This document shows positions 27,595-38,009 of a DNA stretch of 64,000 nt, one piece after another (within the stretch, counting starts at the first letter, position 1; every line of letters starts with the position of its first letter). This DNA comes from Candidatus Zixiibacteriota bacterium. GTDB taxonomy: Bacteria; Zixibacteria; MSB-5A5; GN15; FEB-12. The translations under genes were made by a program, and so were the position numbers. The notes beneath the pieces are model-generated. The model was not told the origin of the DNA. It worked only from the letters and a program-made list of their open reading frames with translations, and ran no database searches. The stretch is from assembly GCA_029860345.1 (NCBI GenBank), contig JAOUBJ010000003.1, positions 68,709 through 132,708 on the forward strand, given 5' to 3'.

Positions 27595-30500
27595 CTAATT
27601 GATAACAACAACTTTACCAAACATCTCGACCTCGTCTCGTCCGTCGGTCGGACGAGCGGTCGCTTTGTAAATATAGACTCCGGTGGCCACGCGATCGCCG
27701 CCGGAATCTTCGCCCCGCCATTCGATTTCATCATGATAACCGGGGAGGAGCGAGTTTTGACTATAACTCTTTATCTTTCGGCCGGAAAGTGTAAAAATCT
27801 CCAGGGAAAAACTTTCCAACTGACGCGCGGCGTAGAACGAAAACCGGGTCGTCTTTTGCATCGGGTTGGGGTAGTTCAACAACTCGGTAACCACCGGTCC
27901 GCCGGCGGCAACCATCTCGGCGGAAAACGAAACCGATGCTGAGTTGTTGGCGTTGTCCCACGCTTTGATCTTGAAGCTGTGACGGCCTTCCTCCAGGCTG
28001 TCGGGTGCATACTCGACACTGCCGCCGGTAAAATCATCGGTGTCGTACTCGAACTGCGCGGTCAAATTCAAAACGCGATCGGAGCGGCCGTCAAGCTCAA
28101 GCGTCACGCCGTGTCCCAAACCGGCCGTGAGGTTGATCCCTGATGGATCGGAAATCACCGCGCGCAGAGTATCACCGGGTTGAATGTGATCACCATCGGC
28201 GAAGTGGCTCTGGCCGCTGAAACTGTACTCAATCGATGGTCCAACCGAGTCGGTCACCTCAGCGATAGACTCCGCGACATAGACGCTGTCGATGATACCG
28301 GCCGCGTCGACACTGTCCAAGGTGGCATAGGCGGTGATCCGCGCCCTATGCCCGCCGAATCCGATGTCCAGCGGCGGCATAAACTCAAAACTGAAGCGAC
28401 CGTCTGAAACACTGGCCGATCCACGATAAATCGCAGCGCCGTCCACACTATAATCGATAACTCCGCCGGTGCCACCGTGCTGGGCGGAGTTGTAGCTCTT
28501 TTGTTGGTCGGAATCATACACTCTGATGTCCAGTCGGCCATCGCCACGGAACAGGCCGCCGAACTCATCGACAATCTCGCCGGTGACCGCGACCGGCTCA
28601 AGCGCCACCAGACTGTCCGGCGCCGTATCGTAGTTCACGACGTGGTTCGGCTGGGCCAGTTTTAGCATGGGGTCGCCCATATATATGAAAGCTCTGTCGT
28701 TTCTCGTCTGAGTAGAGGGACCGCCTGCCCAGAGTTGATGCAACAGTTTGGCTGTGAACATACTCTCGCAAATAGTTAAGCGCGGCGCCGAGAACAAGAC
28801 GTCGAAGACGGTCTGATTAAACTGCTTGTTGGGTGAAGACCAGACCAGCCGGGTGGCGGAGATAACAGCAATGGCGCCGCCGTTTGTATGCGTCAGCAGG
28901 TCTTCAGCCATGGCCTGACCCTCCGGTTCGTCATAGGCGCCGATTGCACACGACGCAGCCACCACCAGAGGCAGGCGGTCATAGTTGGCCAAACGGGGTA
29001 GATCGTCGGCCACCGTGAAAATACGCTCGTGCGCCCATAGGCCGGGATTGCCGTGCCCGACATAGTTGATTACCAGACGACCCTCATTGAAAGCATCGAC
29101 GATGGCGTCGTTGACTTCGGGCTTGCGGTTGTTCACGAATGGATACTCTATCGAATAAACTTTGTCGCGCGCAAACATGGGTGGAAGATGGTACATGCCC
29201 AGGGTGTCGGTTTGTCCGGTGTGCACCAGTTCGGAGGTTCGGTTTCCGGCGAATTCGTCATCGGCCACCATGGCAATCTTGGTCCGCCAAAGCCCGAAAT
29301 TTGTCGGCGACTCATACCGTTTGATCTTGTCGATAATAGTCTGTATATCACCTGCGTTTCGCACCGTCCAGCGCGCCGATACCATGTCCAATCCGCGGTC
29401 GACCTGTGGACTGTAGCTGGAATCACCGTCGAGAGTGCCATACTCGCCAAAGTACACATAGTTGTCGTCGCTGTAGGCAAAGGCCTGGTCGTATTCATGG
29501 ATCAGCGGCGGCACATGGTTGGGCGCATCGTGACCAGTCAGATTCAGGTAGTCATAGTTGCCGTCGCCGACCAACAGCACCACTGAAGGCGCCGGGGCCG
29601 GCCAGGTTTCATAGGCAAACTTGAGGAAATCCCGGATGGCCACCGGGTCAAAAACACCACCGGCGAAATTGTCGTAAATGTCTTCGGTGGACACTATTCG
29701 CACCCGCTGGTTCTGTCGGTAGTCGATATACTCCTGCATGGCCTCAGTAAAGGCGGCAGGTGTGACGACAATCAGATCGGCCTGTGCGTTTCCCGCCCTC
29801 AGGTCTTCCGGGCTGCTTTTTTCAACGGCCACCGGTGACAACGTCCGGTTGAGGGTAGTTGCGAAGAAATGGTTTGGTCGCGTAGGCGTCATATCGAGAC
29901 CGAACGAAAGCAAACCTCCCGCCCGTGTGAATCCCGTTAGTACTCTCGGTTGGCGGCCGTCGGCTATGTCGACGATTAGCGGCACAGATGAAAAATCGTC
30001 GATCAGTTCCACCCGGGCACGACCATCATAGCTCACCAGATTAAACTCCAAACGGTCACTTTGCGGGGCCAGATCGCTTGAGTAGGCCAACTCGATGTAA
30101 TCCAGGAACGGTCGGTGGCTGCCACCGATGTTGAAATTCAGATTGAACTGGTTGAGTCCTTCACGCAGCGAAGATACTGCGAAAGTGCAGCTGGAGTCGT
30201 CGCAGGACATTTTAGCGGCCGTCACGCCGGCCACTCGCAGAGTGTAGGAATCGGTCGACCACGGCAGTTTGGCCACCACTCGCACCTCAGCCGGCGGACC
30301 CACAACGACGTTTGATGCCGCAATGTAAACCGACTGACTCATGTCGTCGCTTGCATACCAGCGGTAGTAGTCGCGAATGTGCTCGGTGTTGTCACTGCTT
30401 AACAGCGTATCACTCTCAGAATGAACCAAGCGACGGAAACTGGTAACGACCGTATCCTCGGACCCGTCCGGCGCCCCGGCCATTGAGGCCATGCGGCGAC

Positions 30501-31488
30501 CAGAAGTGCCAATGAGCTCCGAAGCGGTGAACCAATAGACATTCTGGGTAGCATAGTGGTGGTGATAAAACCCGACCGAATCATAAGGCCGATACCACCA
30601 ACGATTGAGCGCCTCGCCGTAAAACAGTATATAATCCTCGCGGTCAAAGACACCATCATTGCCGTCCTCGACCAGGATAGCCACCTCGCGAAAATCAGGC
30701 CTCGGTGATTCGTTGGGAACCTCCAACTGCCGTCCACCGGCATTGAACAGATGAATCTGCTCTGATGGAATCCCGGTGAGAATCATTCCCGCCCGCTGTA
30801 ACTGCGCTCCGGTGACTTTGTAAAGTCCGCTCTGATTGGTTGTGATCTTGTACCAGTCCGAGGTAACCCCAAAAAGACCGGACGAAGCAAACTTGTAACC
30901 TGGCTTTTCGGTCGTCGACCAATGGCTCAACTGCTCATGGTTGACCACGGCCACCTCGGCTAAACGGCCGAAAAACGGATCGGGTACCGATACACCCACG
31001 CCCGCCCGGCCGCCACCAAAGCGAAGTGATACCTGGACCTCTCGGTAGATCGACTGCTCGGTGACAGGATAGACCCGTATGCCAACCAGCCGCTGACCCC
31101 GCACCATGAACGGTTTCTGTAATCTGGCCAAGGGGCCCGGTCCGGACACTGGTGGGACCGAGTTATGCTCAGTCGCTCTTGCTTGCCGCCCGACCACTGA
31201 GACGATTTCAGCAGTGGCTCCGGGTGGAAGCCCGATCAAGGTAACGGTGTAAAGCCGCACAGTCGAATCAGGACCCACCTCTTGAAACAACTCAGCCGGG
31301 CTATCGGGGATACTGACGAGAAACTGCAACTCCTGCTCACTGGATTGCAGCACGGCTGTTTCAGCGCCACCGACATTGCCGGCCAGCGCCACAGCCACCA
31401 TACAGATATATGGAAAAAGTGACTTATACAGGCTGTTGTCCTTGAGGACCGGGGAATCCACCCCGGCTCTCCGACCGAAAAAAAACAT
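27595..31488 (-). CDS. porU: Peptidase C25 (gingipain-like) family protein, PorU-type T9SS sortase candidate
   Basis: 1297-aa ORF. C25-type catalytic regions INYVGHGNPGLWAHERIF (His) and LPLVVAASCAIGAYDE (Cys). C-terminal LLNYPNPMQKTTRFSFYA...GVYIYKATARP tail. Lies directly upstream of the PorV-like gene, as in Bacteroidetes. Confidence 0.7.
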   Translation of the reverse strand: MFFFGRRAGVDSPVLKDNSLYKSLFPYICMVAVALAGNVGGAETAVLQSSEQELQFLVSIPDSPAELFQEVGPDSTVRLYTVTLIGLPPGATAEIVSVVGRQARATEHNSVPPVSGPGPLARLQKPFMVRGQRLVGIRVYPVTEQSIYREVQVSLRFGGGRAGVGVSVPDPFFGRLAEVAVVNHEQLSHWSTTEKPGYKFASSGLFGVTSDWYKITTNQSGLYKVTGAQLQRAGMILTGIPSEQIHLFNAGGRQLEVPNESPRPDFREVAILVEDGNDGVFDREDYILFYGEALNRWWYRPYDSVGFYHHHYATQNVYWFTASELIGTSGRRMASMAGAPDGSEDTVVTSFRRLVHSESDTLLSSDNTEHIRDYYRWYASDDMSQSVYIAASNVVVGPPAEVRVVAKLPWSTDSYTLRVAGVTAAKMSCDDSSCTFAVSSLREGLNQFNLNFNIGGSHRPFLDYIELAYSSDLAPQSDRLEFNLVSYDGRARVELIDDFSSVPLIVDIADGRQPRVLTGFTRAGGLLSFGLDMTPTRPNHFFATTLNRTLSPVAVEKSSPEDLRAGNAQADLIVVTPAAFTEAMQEYIDYRQNQRVRIVSTEDIYDNFAGGVFDPVAIRDFLKFAYETWPAPAPSVVLLVGDGNYDYLNLTGHDAPNHVPPLIHEYDQAFAYSDDNYVYFGEYGTLDGDSSYSPQVDRGLDMVSARWTVRNAGDIQTIIDKIKRYESPTNFGLWRTKIAMVADDEFAGNRTSELVHTGQTDTLGMYHLPPMFARDKVYSIEYPFVNNRKPEVNDAIVDAFNEGRLVINYVGHGNPGLWAHERIFTVADDLPRLANYDRLPLVVAASCAIGAYDEPEGQAMAEDLLTHTNGGAIAVISATRLVWSSPNKQFNQTVFDVLFSAPRLTICESMFTAKLLHQLWAGGPSTQTRNDRAFIYMGDPMLKLAQPNHVVNYDTAPDSLVALEPVAVTGEIVDEFGGLFRGDGRLDIRVYDSDQQKSYNSAQHGGTGGVIDYSVDGAAIYRGSASVSDGRFSFEFMPPLDIGFGGHRARITAYATLDSVDAAGIIDSVYVAESIAEVTDSVGPSIEYSFSGQSHFADGDHIQPGDTLRAVISDPSGINLTAGLGHGVTLELDGRSDRVLNLTAQFEYDTDDFTGGSVEYAPDSLEEGRHSFKIKAWDNANNSASVSFSAEMVAAGGPVVTELLNYPNPMQKTTRFSFYAARQLESFSLEIFTLSGRKIKSYSQNSLLPGYHDEIEWRGEDSGGDRVATGVYIYKATARPTDGRDEVEMFGKVVVIN

Positions 31489-31879
31489 AGCTACGGTTCA
31501 GATCGCACGCGACCTGCCTTTGTACTGTGTCGGTCTTGTCAGACCGAATGATTCAACCAGTTAACCGTTATGCTATATTCATTTCCTCTCACTGTATAAA
31601 TCGACAGATAGTACGAAGTTCCTTAGAAAATGTCAAGTTCGCAAAAAAACCACGATCTGATGTTCCTTGCAAAAAAGCGGCCTGGCCGCAACCTATCTTC
31701 TTCCGGCGCGGCCAAGTCCCCCAAATGTAGTAACTTCCCTGGATATCAGACGCGCCGGAAGCCAATACTGTTCAAATATTGAGCAGACAAAAACCGGCAA
31801 AAACCGGTACCAGCTTGCGCAAAAGGAGAAATCGGTGCGGCAACCTGGTCCTTTTCAACCTCTAGCCAAGCCCGCTGCA

Positions 31880-32040
31880 ACCTCATGGTGAGCTGGTCGA
31901 ACCATGAGCGGGGTCGAAGCTCGGACAAAAGTAAGGCAGATACCTACAGTTGAAAAGTCCTTTCCAACCTCATGGTGAGCGGAGTCGAACCATGAACTTT
32001 GTCTTCCGGTTCACCCTTCGACTCCGCTCAGGGTGAGGTG
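31880..32040. repeat. REP-like module cluster
   Basis: cctcatggtgagctggtcgaaccatgag (31880-31907). cctcatggtgagcggagtcgaaccatgaac (31968-31997). ttcacccttcgactccgctcagggtgaggtg (32010-32040). The same modules occur at 37822-37859, 48197-48226 and 48299-48330. Confidence 0.8.
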
Positions 32041-32338
32041 GTGGGATGCTCAGGGTGAGGCAGTATGGGATGCTCAAGGTTAGGTTGTGCGGCTCAGGGT
32101 GCGGTTTTAGAGTGAGGCGCGTTTGGTGTTTTTTCACTTGCACCAGAAGCATCCAATTCTGTATACTCCCTTCAGAGACGCAGCAAAACAAACCAACTAT
32201 GATTGATCAAAGCATAGCCGAGCCGGTAGCGGCCGCGTTTTTGCATGATCTGGAGGAGCCTATATGGATAATGGCCTGAATTAGTCCGTATTTGCAGTAC
32301 ATTGGTGACTAACTTCTTCATTTCGTTTCGGAGGATCC

Positions 32339-35300
32339 ATGAAAACTTGCGCCGTTGCACTATTGATGGTCTGTCTTATCGCCCCACTGGCGACATCCGC
32401 CGATCAAATCAAACAGATTGACCGGCCGGACCGACTGCCGTCGTTTCTCGGGTATAAATCAAATGAGTTTATTGTCGTCATGCGCCCTGATGTTGGCAAG
32501 CTGAGTACGCAAAAGGCGGCCAGCGGAATCGTCGCAATTGGCGAAACCGATTTCGACAATATATCAAAGCAATTCGTAGTTTCCCGTATCAAAAAACAGT
32601 TCCCGGGCACAGAGGCCGGTGCTCTGTCGCCAACCGCAGAACTGGCCAAATATCACAAAGTCAAATTCGAGCAAGGCACCCTGGATGAAGCTATGGAGGC
32701 CTATCGAAATCATCCGATGGTCGAAAAAGTAGAGCCGATCGGCATCCACACGATGCTTGCGACGCCGAACGACGGTTTTTTTGACCCCTATCAATGGTAT
32801 CACAATCAAACCAATGATGACGATTTGGATTCACCCGAAGCCTGGGACATCCAGACCGGCAGCTCTTCTTTCATCCTCGCGATTCTTGATTCCGGAACTC
32901 GTTACTATCACCGCGACCTTGGCGGCGGCAACACATCGCCGTCAAATGAAGCTGCCGCACGCGGTAATATGTGGATAAACAACGCCGAACTGAACGGTTC
33001 CACCGGCGTCGACGATGACGGTAACGGCTATACCGACGACTGGATCGGATATGACTTCATATCCTCGACCTCCAACTGTTGGCCCGGCGAAGACTGCAAT
33101 ACTCAAGACAATGATCCTCGCGACTTCAACGGCCACGGTACGCATACTGCGGGTATTGTTGGCATGATCACCAACAACGGCTACGGCATGGCCGGTGTTG
33201 CCGGCGGCTGGGGCAATGGTTCCGAACAGCAGTATGGCAACGGCGTGAAAGTTATGGCCTGTCGTATGGGCTTTTCCTATAATCACCCTCTATATGGTGA
33301 GGTTGGAGTGGTCTACATGGACGCTGCCGCAGAAGCGTTCTATTACGCCGCCGACAACGGAGCCAAAATCGCCTCGTGTAGTTGGGGTTCCTCCAACTCG
33401 GGCGGCATCGGCGCCGCAGCCAACTACTTCCTGAGCAATGGTGGTCTGATTTTTGTCGCCGCCGGTAACGACGGCACCCAGTCAGCCGACTATCTGAACG
33501 GACGTGGAGATTGTATCTCTGTTGCGGCTACCAATCAAAATGATGGAGCAGCATCCTTTACAACCTACGGCACCTGGGTGGATATCTGCGCCCCCGGTGT
33601 AGGCATCTACTCGACATATCATGATCACTATGATCCCAGTGTTGATTACTGGGCATCGATGGACGGCACCTCGATGGCCTGTCCGATGGCCGCCGCTGTA
33701 GGCGCCATGATATGGTCCCAGAATCCGACATGGACTGCTTCTCAGGTTGAAACTCAGCTATATGCCAGCGCCGAGAACATTGACGCCGAATTATCAGGAG
33801 CTTATATCGGCAAAATGGGCGCCGGCCGTATAAACCTATACGACGCCGTCAACACCGGTCCGCCCCCGCCTCCGGTAGCCGCCTTTGTCGGTTCTCCGAC
33901 TTCTGGTACCGAGCCGTTGACCGTGAACTTCACCGATCAGTCGACGGGCAGTATTACCGATTGGAGTTGGACTTTCGGCGACGGTGGTTCGTCAACATCT
34001 CAGAACCCGTCATACGAATACACTTCGGCGGGCACTTATGACGTCACCCTGACCGTGACCGGTCCCGGCGGTTCCGATGGCGAGACCAAGAATGGCTACA
34101 TCACAGTCAACCCCTGTGTAGCACCCACCGCCGACTTCTCAGGCAGCCCCACCTCGGGCACCGAGCCGTTGGATGTAAGTTTCACCGATCTCTCGACCGG
34201 CGCTACATCCTGGTCGTGGACCTTTGGTGACGGCGGAAATTCCACGCAGCAGAACCCCAACTACACCTATGACACAGCCGGTACCTACACGGTGACGCTG
34301 ACCGCTACCAACGCCTGCGGTTCCGATGTCAACACCAAGGTCGACTACATTACAGTCAACCCGTGCGTGTCACCGACTGCAGACTTCTCAGGCACACCGA
34401 CCAACGGCGAGGTTCCGCTGGATGTTTCGTTCACCGATCTCTCGACCGGCGCTACGTCCTGGTCGTGGACCTTTGGTGACGGCGGAAATTCCACACAGCA
34501 GAATCCGAACTACACCTACAACACAGCCGGTACCTACACGGTGACGCTGACCGCTACCAACGCCTGCGGTTCCGATGTCAACACCAAAGTGGATTACATC
34601 ACTGCCGATCCGTCCACCGCCGTCAACCAGGCCTTTGCACTTTCCGACATTCCGGTGAATGGCACCGCCTCGGGAAGCTACCTGAACACTCAGGCCAGCG
34701 ATGACTCCTACGAAGGTCTTACCGAAGGCGAGTCCGGCGGCAAACCGAGCCGACGTTACAGCACGCTCGATTGGAAATGGAACTTCTCGGTCATTGCCGG
34801 TGCTACGACCAGTTTCAATGTCGAAGCCTACCGTCCGGACAACGCCGAAGGTGACGACTTTGCATTTGAGTACTCCACCGATGACATCAACTACTCGTCG
34901 TTGGTAACGGTCACCTCTGCCGTTGAGCAGATGTATTCGGTGTCAATGCCCAATGTCAGCGGAACCGTTTACATCCGTTGCGTCGACACCGATCACACTC
35001 AGGGCGCACGAACTTTTGACGATGTGTTCATCGACTACATGTACATCGAAACAGGTGGCACTCCACCGCCGCCGGACACCATGCATGTCAACAGCATCAC
35101 GGTGACTCGCATCGGTGGCAAAGGTAACCGTTACAACGGCCAGGCGACTGTGACAATCCTCAACCAGTCCGGTCAACCGGTCGGTGGTGCCTCAGTCACT
35201 GGCGACTTCAGCGGCCCGTCCTCCGACACTCAAGGCGGCACAACCGATGGCTCAGGTTCGGTGACTCTCACCTCGCAGCGGATCAAGAGCCCGGTCGGTA

Positions 35301-35683
35301 ACTGGTGCTTTACGGTCACAGGTGTTTCGCTCGGCAGCAACGTCTACGATCCCTCGCAAAATGTCGAATCTTCCGACTGCGAAGGCGGCGCGGCCAAACT
35401 GGTCGACGGTTCGATGCCGTACACGTTCAATCTCGACCAGAACTATCCCAACCCGTTCAACCCGAAAACGTCGATCCGATTCAGTCTGCCGTCCTCGATG
35501 AACGTCCGGCTGGAAGTGTTCAATGTTCTCGGCCAAAACGTGGCGACCTTGTACGAAGGCACGCTCAACGCCGGGCTGCACGAGTACGAGTTTGACGCAT
35601 CCCATCTGTCCAGCGGTATCTACCTGTATCGTTTACAGGCGGATGACATGATTGAGACGAAGAAGATGGTTCTGATGAAATAG
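32339..35683 (+). CDS. Secreted subtilisin-like serine protease (S8) with three PKD domains and a T9SS C-terminal sorting domain
   Basis: 1114-aa ORF. Catalytic triad contexts ILDSGTRYYHRDL, HGTHTAGIV, GTSMACPMAAAVGAMI. Three PKD units (F.G.PTSGTEPL.V.FTD.STG....WSWTFGDGG.S..QNP.Y.Y..AGTY.VTLT). C-terminus NYPNPFNPKTSIRFSLP...GIYLYRLQADD. Confidence 0.9.
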   Translation: MKTCAVALLMVCLIAPLATSADQIKQIDRPDRLPSFLGYKSNEFIVVMRPDVGKLSTQKAASGIVAIGETDFDNISKQFVVSRIKKQFPGTEAGALSPTAELAKYHKVKFEQGTLDEAMEAYRNHPMVEKVEPIGIHTMLATPNDGFFDPYQWYHNQTNDDDLDSPEAWDIQTGSSSFILAILDSGTRYYHRDLGGGNTSPSNEAAARGNMWINNAELNGSTGVDDDGNGYTDDWIGYDFISSTSNCWPGEDCNTQDNDPRDFNGHGTHTAGIVGMITNNGYGMAGVAGGWGNGSEQQYGNGVKVMACRMGFSYNHPLYGEVGVVYMDAAAEAFYYAADNGAKIASCSWGSSNSGGIGAAANYFLSNGGLIFVAAGNDGTQSADYLNGRGDCISVAATNQNDGAASFTTYGTWVDICAPGVGIYSTYHDHYDPSVDYWASMDGTSMACPMAAAVGAMIWSQNPTWTASQVETQLYASAENIDAELSGAYIGKMGAGRINLYDAVNTGPPPPPVAAFVGSPTSGTEPLTVNFTDQSTGSITDWSWTFGDGGSSTSQNPSYEYTSAGTYDVTLTVTGPGGSDGETKNGYITVNPCVAPTADFSGSPTSGTEPLDVSFTDLSTGATSWSWTFGDGGNSTQQNPNYTYDTAGTYTVTLTATNACGSDVNTKVDYITVNPCVSPTADFSGTPTNGEVPLDVSFTDLSTGATSWSWTFGDGGNSTQQNPNYTYNTAGTYTVTLTATNACGSDVNTKVDYITADPSTAVNQAFALSDIPVNGTASGSYLNTQASDDSYEGLTEGESGGKPSRRYSTLDWKWNFSVIAGATTSFNVEAYRPDNAEGDDFAFEYSTDDINYSSLVTVTSAVEQMYSVSMPNVSGTVYIRCVDTDHTQGARTFDDVFIDYMYIETGGTPPPPDTMHVNSITVTRIGGKGNRYNGQATVTILNQSGQPVGGASVTGDFSGPSSDTQGGTTDGSGSVTLTSQRIKSPVGNWCFTVTGVSLGSNVYDPSQNVESSDCEGGAAKLVDGSMPYTFNLDQNYPNPFNPKTSIRFSLPSSMNVRLEVFNVLGQNVATLYEGTLNAGLHEYEFDASHLSSGIYLYRLQADDMIETKKMVLMK
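34106..34603 (+). repeat. Near-identical 249-bp tandem duplication (PKD units 2 and 3) inside the S8 protease gene
   Basis: gtcaaccc(c/g)tg(t/c)gt... begins at 34106 and again at 34355. The copies differ at only a few positions over long stretches, e.g. gtttcaccgatctctcgaccggcgctac(a/g)tcctggtcgtggacctttggtgacggcggaaattccac. Confidence 0.85.
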
Positions 35684-35803
35684 CAGGCAAGCCAGTTTTT
35701 TGGCGCTTCGCGCCCCTTTGTCATTCCCGCGAAGGCGGGAATCCAATTTCTTGTGCGCGGCAGATGTCCACATCTGCCGTTCGCAGGCACATACTAGAAC
35801 AGA

Positions 35804-35836
35804 AAAAGGCAGGAGCATGGGCTCCTGCCTTTTGTG
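35804..35836. terminator. Bidirectional rho-independent-type terminator hairpin
   Basis: aaaaggcaggagc-atgg-gctcctgcctttt. GC-rich 9-bp core stem flanked by an A-run and a T-run, about 120 nt after the S8 protease stop. Confidence 0.6.
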
Positions 35837-36137
35837 TTGGTGATCTCTGCGATTCCTAAATTGGTCTTGACGATCGTGGGTGGCACCCTCAAACTCGGTT
35901 TGGGGGTGGACATTGTTTTCTCCGTCCCAAACAAGGTTTGAGACGACCACCCGGAGCAGGTTTTGTAGGGCGGGTCCGTCTTCGCCTGCGCTCCTGACAC
36001 GGTGTCGAAACCACAGGGGTATCGACCTACAAGACTGAGGAATTAAAACACCAACGTCTTGTGACGAAGGTCGTATTCATTCGTGACCTTGGTCGTTTAG
36101 GCGACCGGCTCACATACTAGAACCAACAAAGGCAGGA

Positions 36138-36166
36138 GCACAAGCTCCTGCCTTTTGTGTGAGTCC
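36138..36166. terminator. Second copy of the same terminator-like hairpin
   Basis: aaaggcaggagc-acaa-gctcctgcctttt, about 175 nt beyond the stop of the minus-strand gene ending at 36342. Confidence 0.5.
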
Positions 36167-36341
36167 TTCTCGAGTAGGTCAGGAGCCCTGTGCTCCTGAC
36201 ACAACGTCGAAACCACATCGGTATCGACCGACGAAACTTCCCAATATGACGACCCACAGTGGGGCAGGTGGCGAAACCACAAGAACACGGCTTGACCGTG
36301 ACACCCGCGGCTTGACCGTGACACCCACGGCTTGACCGTGC

Positions 36342-37562
36342 CTACGGCTGCCGGATGTTGATCAGCATCTGGCCTTTCTGCACCTCGACAATGATCTCGT
36401 CGGCATCGACAGTGTAAGTACGACGTTCGCTGGCATGCTTGGTTTTCAGCGAAACCGTGCGGAAACTCAAAGGACCCACCGTGTCACCCTCAAGCAAGGC
36501 GCCATCCTTGGCCAGCTTGACCACGCACACCGATTCACCGTCGTGAATGTTAACAAGGCGCATCACGATTTCCTGGTTGGGCGCCACCGTCTGCTTGTGC
36601 TGACGTCCGGCGGCAATGGTCTGACCAAATCCGAGTTCGATCTGCTGTATAGTAAAGGCGACGGTACCTTCGTTGACACGGATCACCACTTCATCGGCCT
36701 CCAGGGGTGTTTCTTCAAAGGTCCAACCACCGCCGGTTCCCTGATTGGGCAGGTTCAAACTGTACACCGAGACATCGGCAATAGGCAGGCCGAGAATGAA
36801 CGGCACGGCCGAGAACGAGGCGCTGCCGTCTGAGACGTTGCGCCCATGCACGTCCAGCCCGTAGCCCGGCTCCACGGCCACTTTGAAAAGCTCACCGGCG
36901 GCCACCGTCTGCTCAAAGGGCGGCGAAGTATGCTCCACACTGCTCACATCCAGAATCCAGCCCGGCACTTCAACCGGCCCCTGCCCCGCCTCGGATTTCG
37001 TGTTATAGCCTTCGGGAATTGCAAACATAGAGTCGTGAACAGCGGTCAATTCGATATTGTCTATCTCAAGAAACAACTCTTCCGAAATGTGATTGACCGT
37101 CTTGAGCACGAAATTAAGGTCCAGCGACAAGTATTCAGTCACCAACGGTTGACCCTGCATGCTGACAACAGTGATCTGACACTCATACCCGGCTATCTCC
37201 TCGCTGCCCAGGTCCCGCAGGGTGCCGATTCCGCGCAGGAACCTCATTCCCTGGATGGGGTCTACCATAATGCTCTGCTGATCGTTGGCCGCGATTTCTA
37301 CATACGTCTTATGTTGGGGAGAAAACGACCGACTCAAATTAGCCTCCTGGTCGACCGTCATGAACCAGGCAGCGCCACCTTCGGATAGGTCCATGCGGTA
37401 CCGAGAATTCTGTACATAGATCTTGCCGCGCGTGATTTTGTCAACATCGCCGATTGTAATGTCGGCCATAAACTGTCCCGGCGGGGCGCTTTCGCAGCCA
37501 AAACCGACCAGAGCCGTCAGAACCATCAAGGGCAGGACAAGAGATGCTCTCTTTAATGTCAT
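36342..37562 (-). CDS. Hypothetical lipoprotein (DUF4412-like N-terminal region suggested)
   Basis: ATG at 37562 gives MTLKRASLVLPLMVLTALVGFGC (lipobox). TRGKIYVQNSRYRMDL resembles DUF4412. The rest is unrecognised. Confidence 0.4.
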   Translation of the reverse strand: MTLKRASLVLPLMVLTALVGFGCESAPPGQFMADITIGDVDKITRGKIYVQNSRYRMDLSEGGAAWFMTVDQEANLSRSFSPQHKTYVEIAANDQQSIMVDPIQGMRFLRGIGTLRDLGSEEIAGYECQITVVSMQGQPLVTEYLSLDLNFVLKTVNHISEELFLEIDNIELTAVHDSMFAIPEGYNTKSEAGQGPVEVPGWILDVSSVEHTSPPFEQTVAAGELFKVAVEPGYGLDVHGRNVSDGSASFSAVPFILGLPIADVSVYSLNLPNQGTGGGWTFEETPLEADEVVIRVNEGTVAFTIQQIELGFGQTIAAGRQHKQTVAPNQEIVMRLVNIHDGESVCVVKLAKDGALLEGDTVGPLSFRTVSLKTKHASERRTYTVDADEIIVEVQKGQMLINIRQP

Positions 37563-37779
37563 GGCAGTGGTTTTCCTTCTCATTGAATTGTGGGCGGCAG
37601 ACATTCTCGTCTGCTCCTCCTTCGGCCCCAAACAAAGTTCAAGGCGGCCACCCGACGTTTTTGTACACCGGGTGAACGCATGTTCACATCCACCTACTCA
37701 GGCAAGGTAGCCCAGACCCGGTCGGTTGTCAAACAATTGAACTTCCGTCTTCGTGTCGCCGGTTGTCTCTCTGGTTGGC

Positions 37780-37925
37780 AGGTGCAGTCAGGCGACTCGC
37801 CTGGCTGTCGTGGGCTGGTGAGTTCATGGTCACCCTTCGACTCCGCTCAGGGTGAGGTTACAAAAGCGCGAAGTGCAAGAAATTGTTTTATCAGCGGGCG
37901 GGGTCGCCCAACACCACTCGATCAA
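37780..37925. repeat. REP-like modules in the divergent intergenic region
   Basis: ggtgcagtcaggcgactcgcctgg (compare 19990-20015). gttcatggtcacccttcgactccgctcagggtgaggtt. gcgggcggggtcgcccaacaccactc (compare 20155-20183). Confidence 0.75.
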
Positions 37926-38009
37926 CAATTGAACATCGGCCCTTGTATCGTTGGTTTTCCCCCTTGTTTTTGATCCTCAATTGCCGTTATATACCGCTGA
38001 GGCATCCGG

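Larger units (their letters stand above)
35718..36341. repeat. Mosaic of intergenic palindromic modules between two convergent genes
   Basis: Contains gtcattcccgcgaaggcgggaatcc and ggcagatgtccacatctgcc. Two copies of catactagaac...aaaggcaggagc....gctcctgcctttt. ccaaacaaggtttgagacgaccaccc and gtagggcgggtccgtcttcgcctgcgc. Two copies of gctcctgacac..gtcgaaaccaca..gtatcgacc. Three tandem copies of acggcttgaccgtgacaccc (36286-36342). Confidence 0.8.

Noticed and set aside
31968-31997. tRNA-like T-arm resemblance in the module gagcggagtcgaaccatgaac
   Set aside because: There is no acceptor stem, anticodon arm or CCA context. The motif is a multi-copy palindromic repeat. I found no convincing tRNA, rRNA or other structured RNA gene by eye, but an exhaustive scan was not possible.
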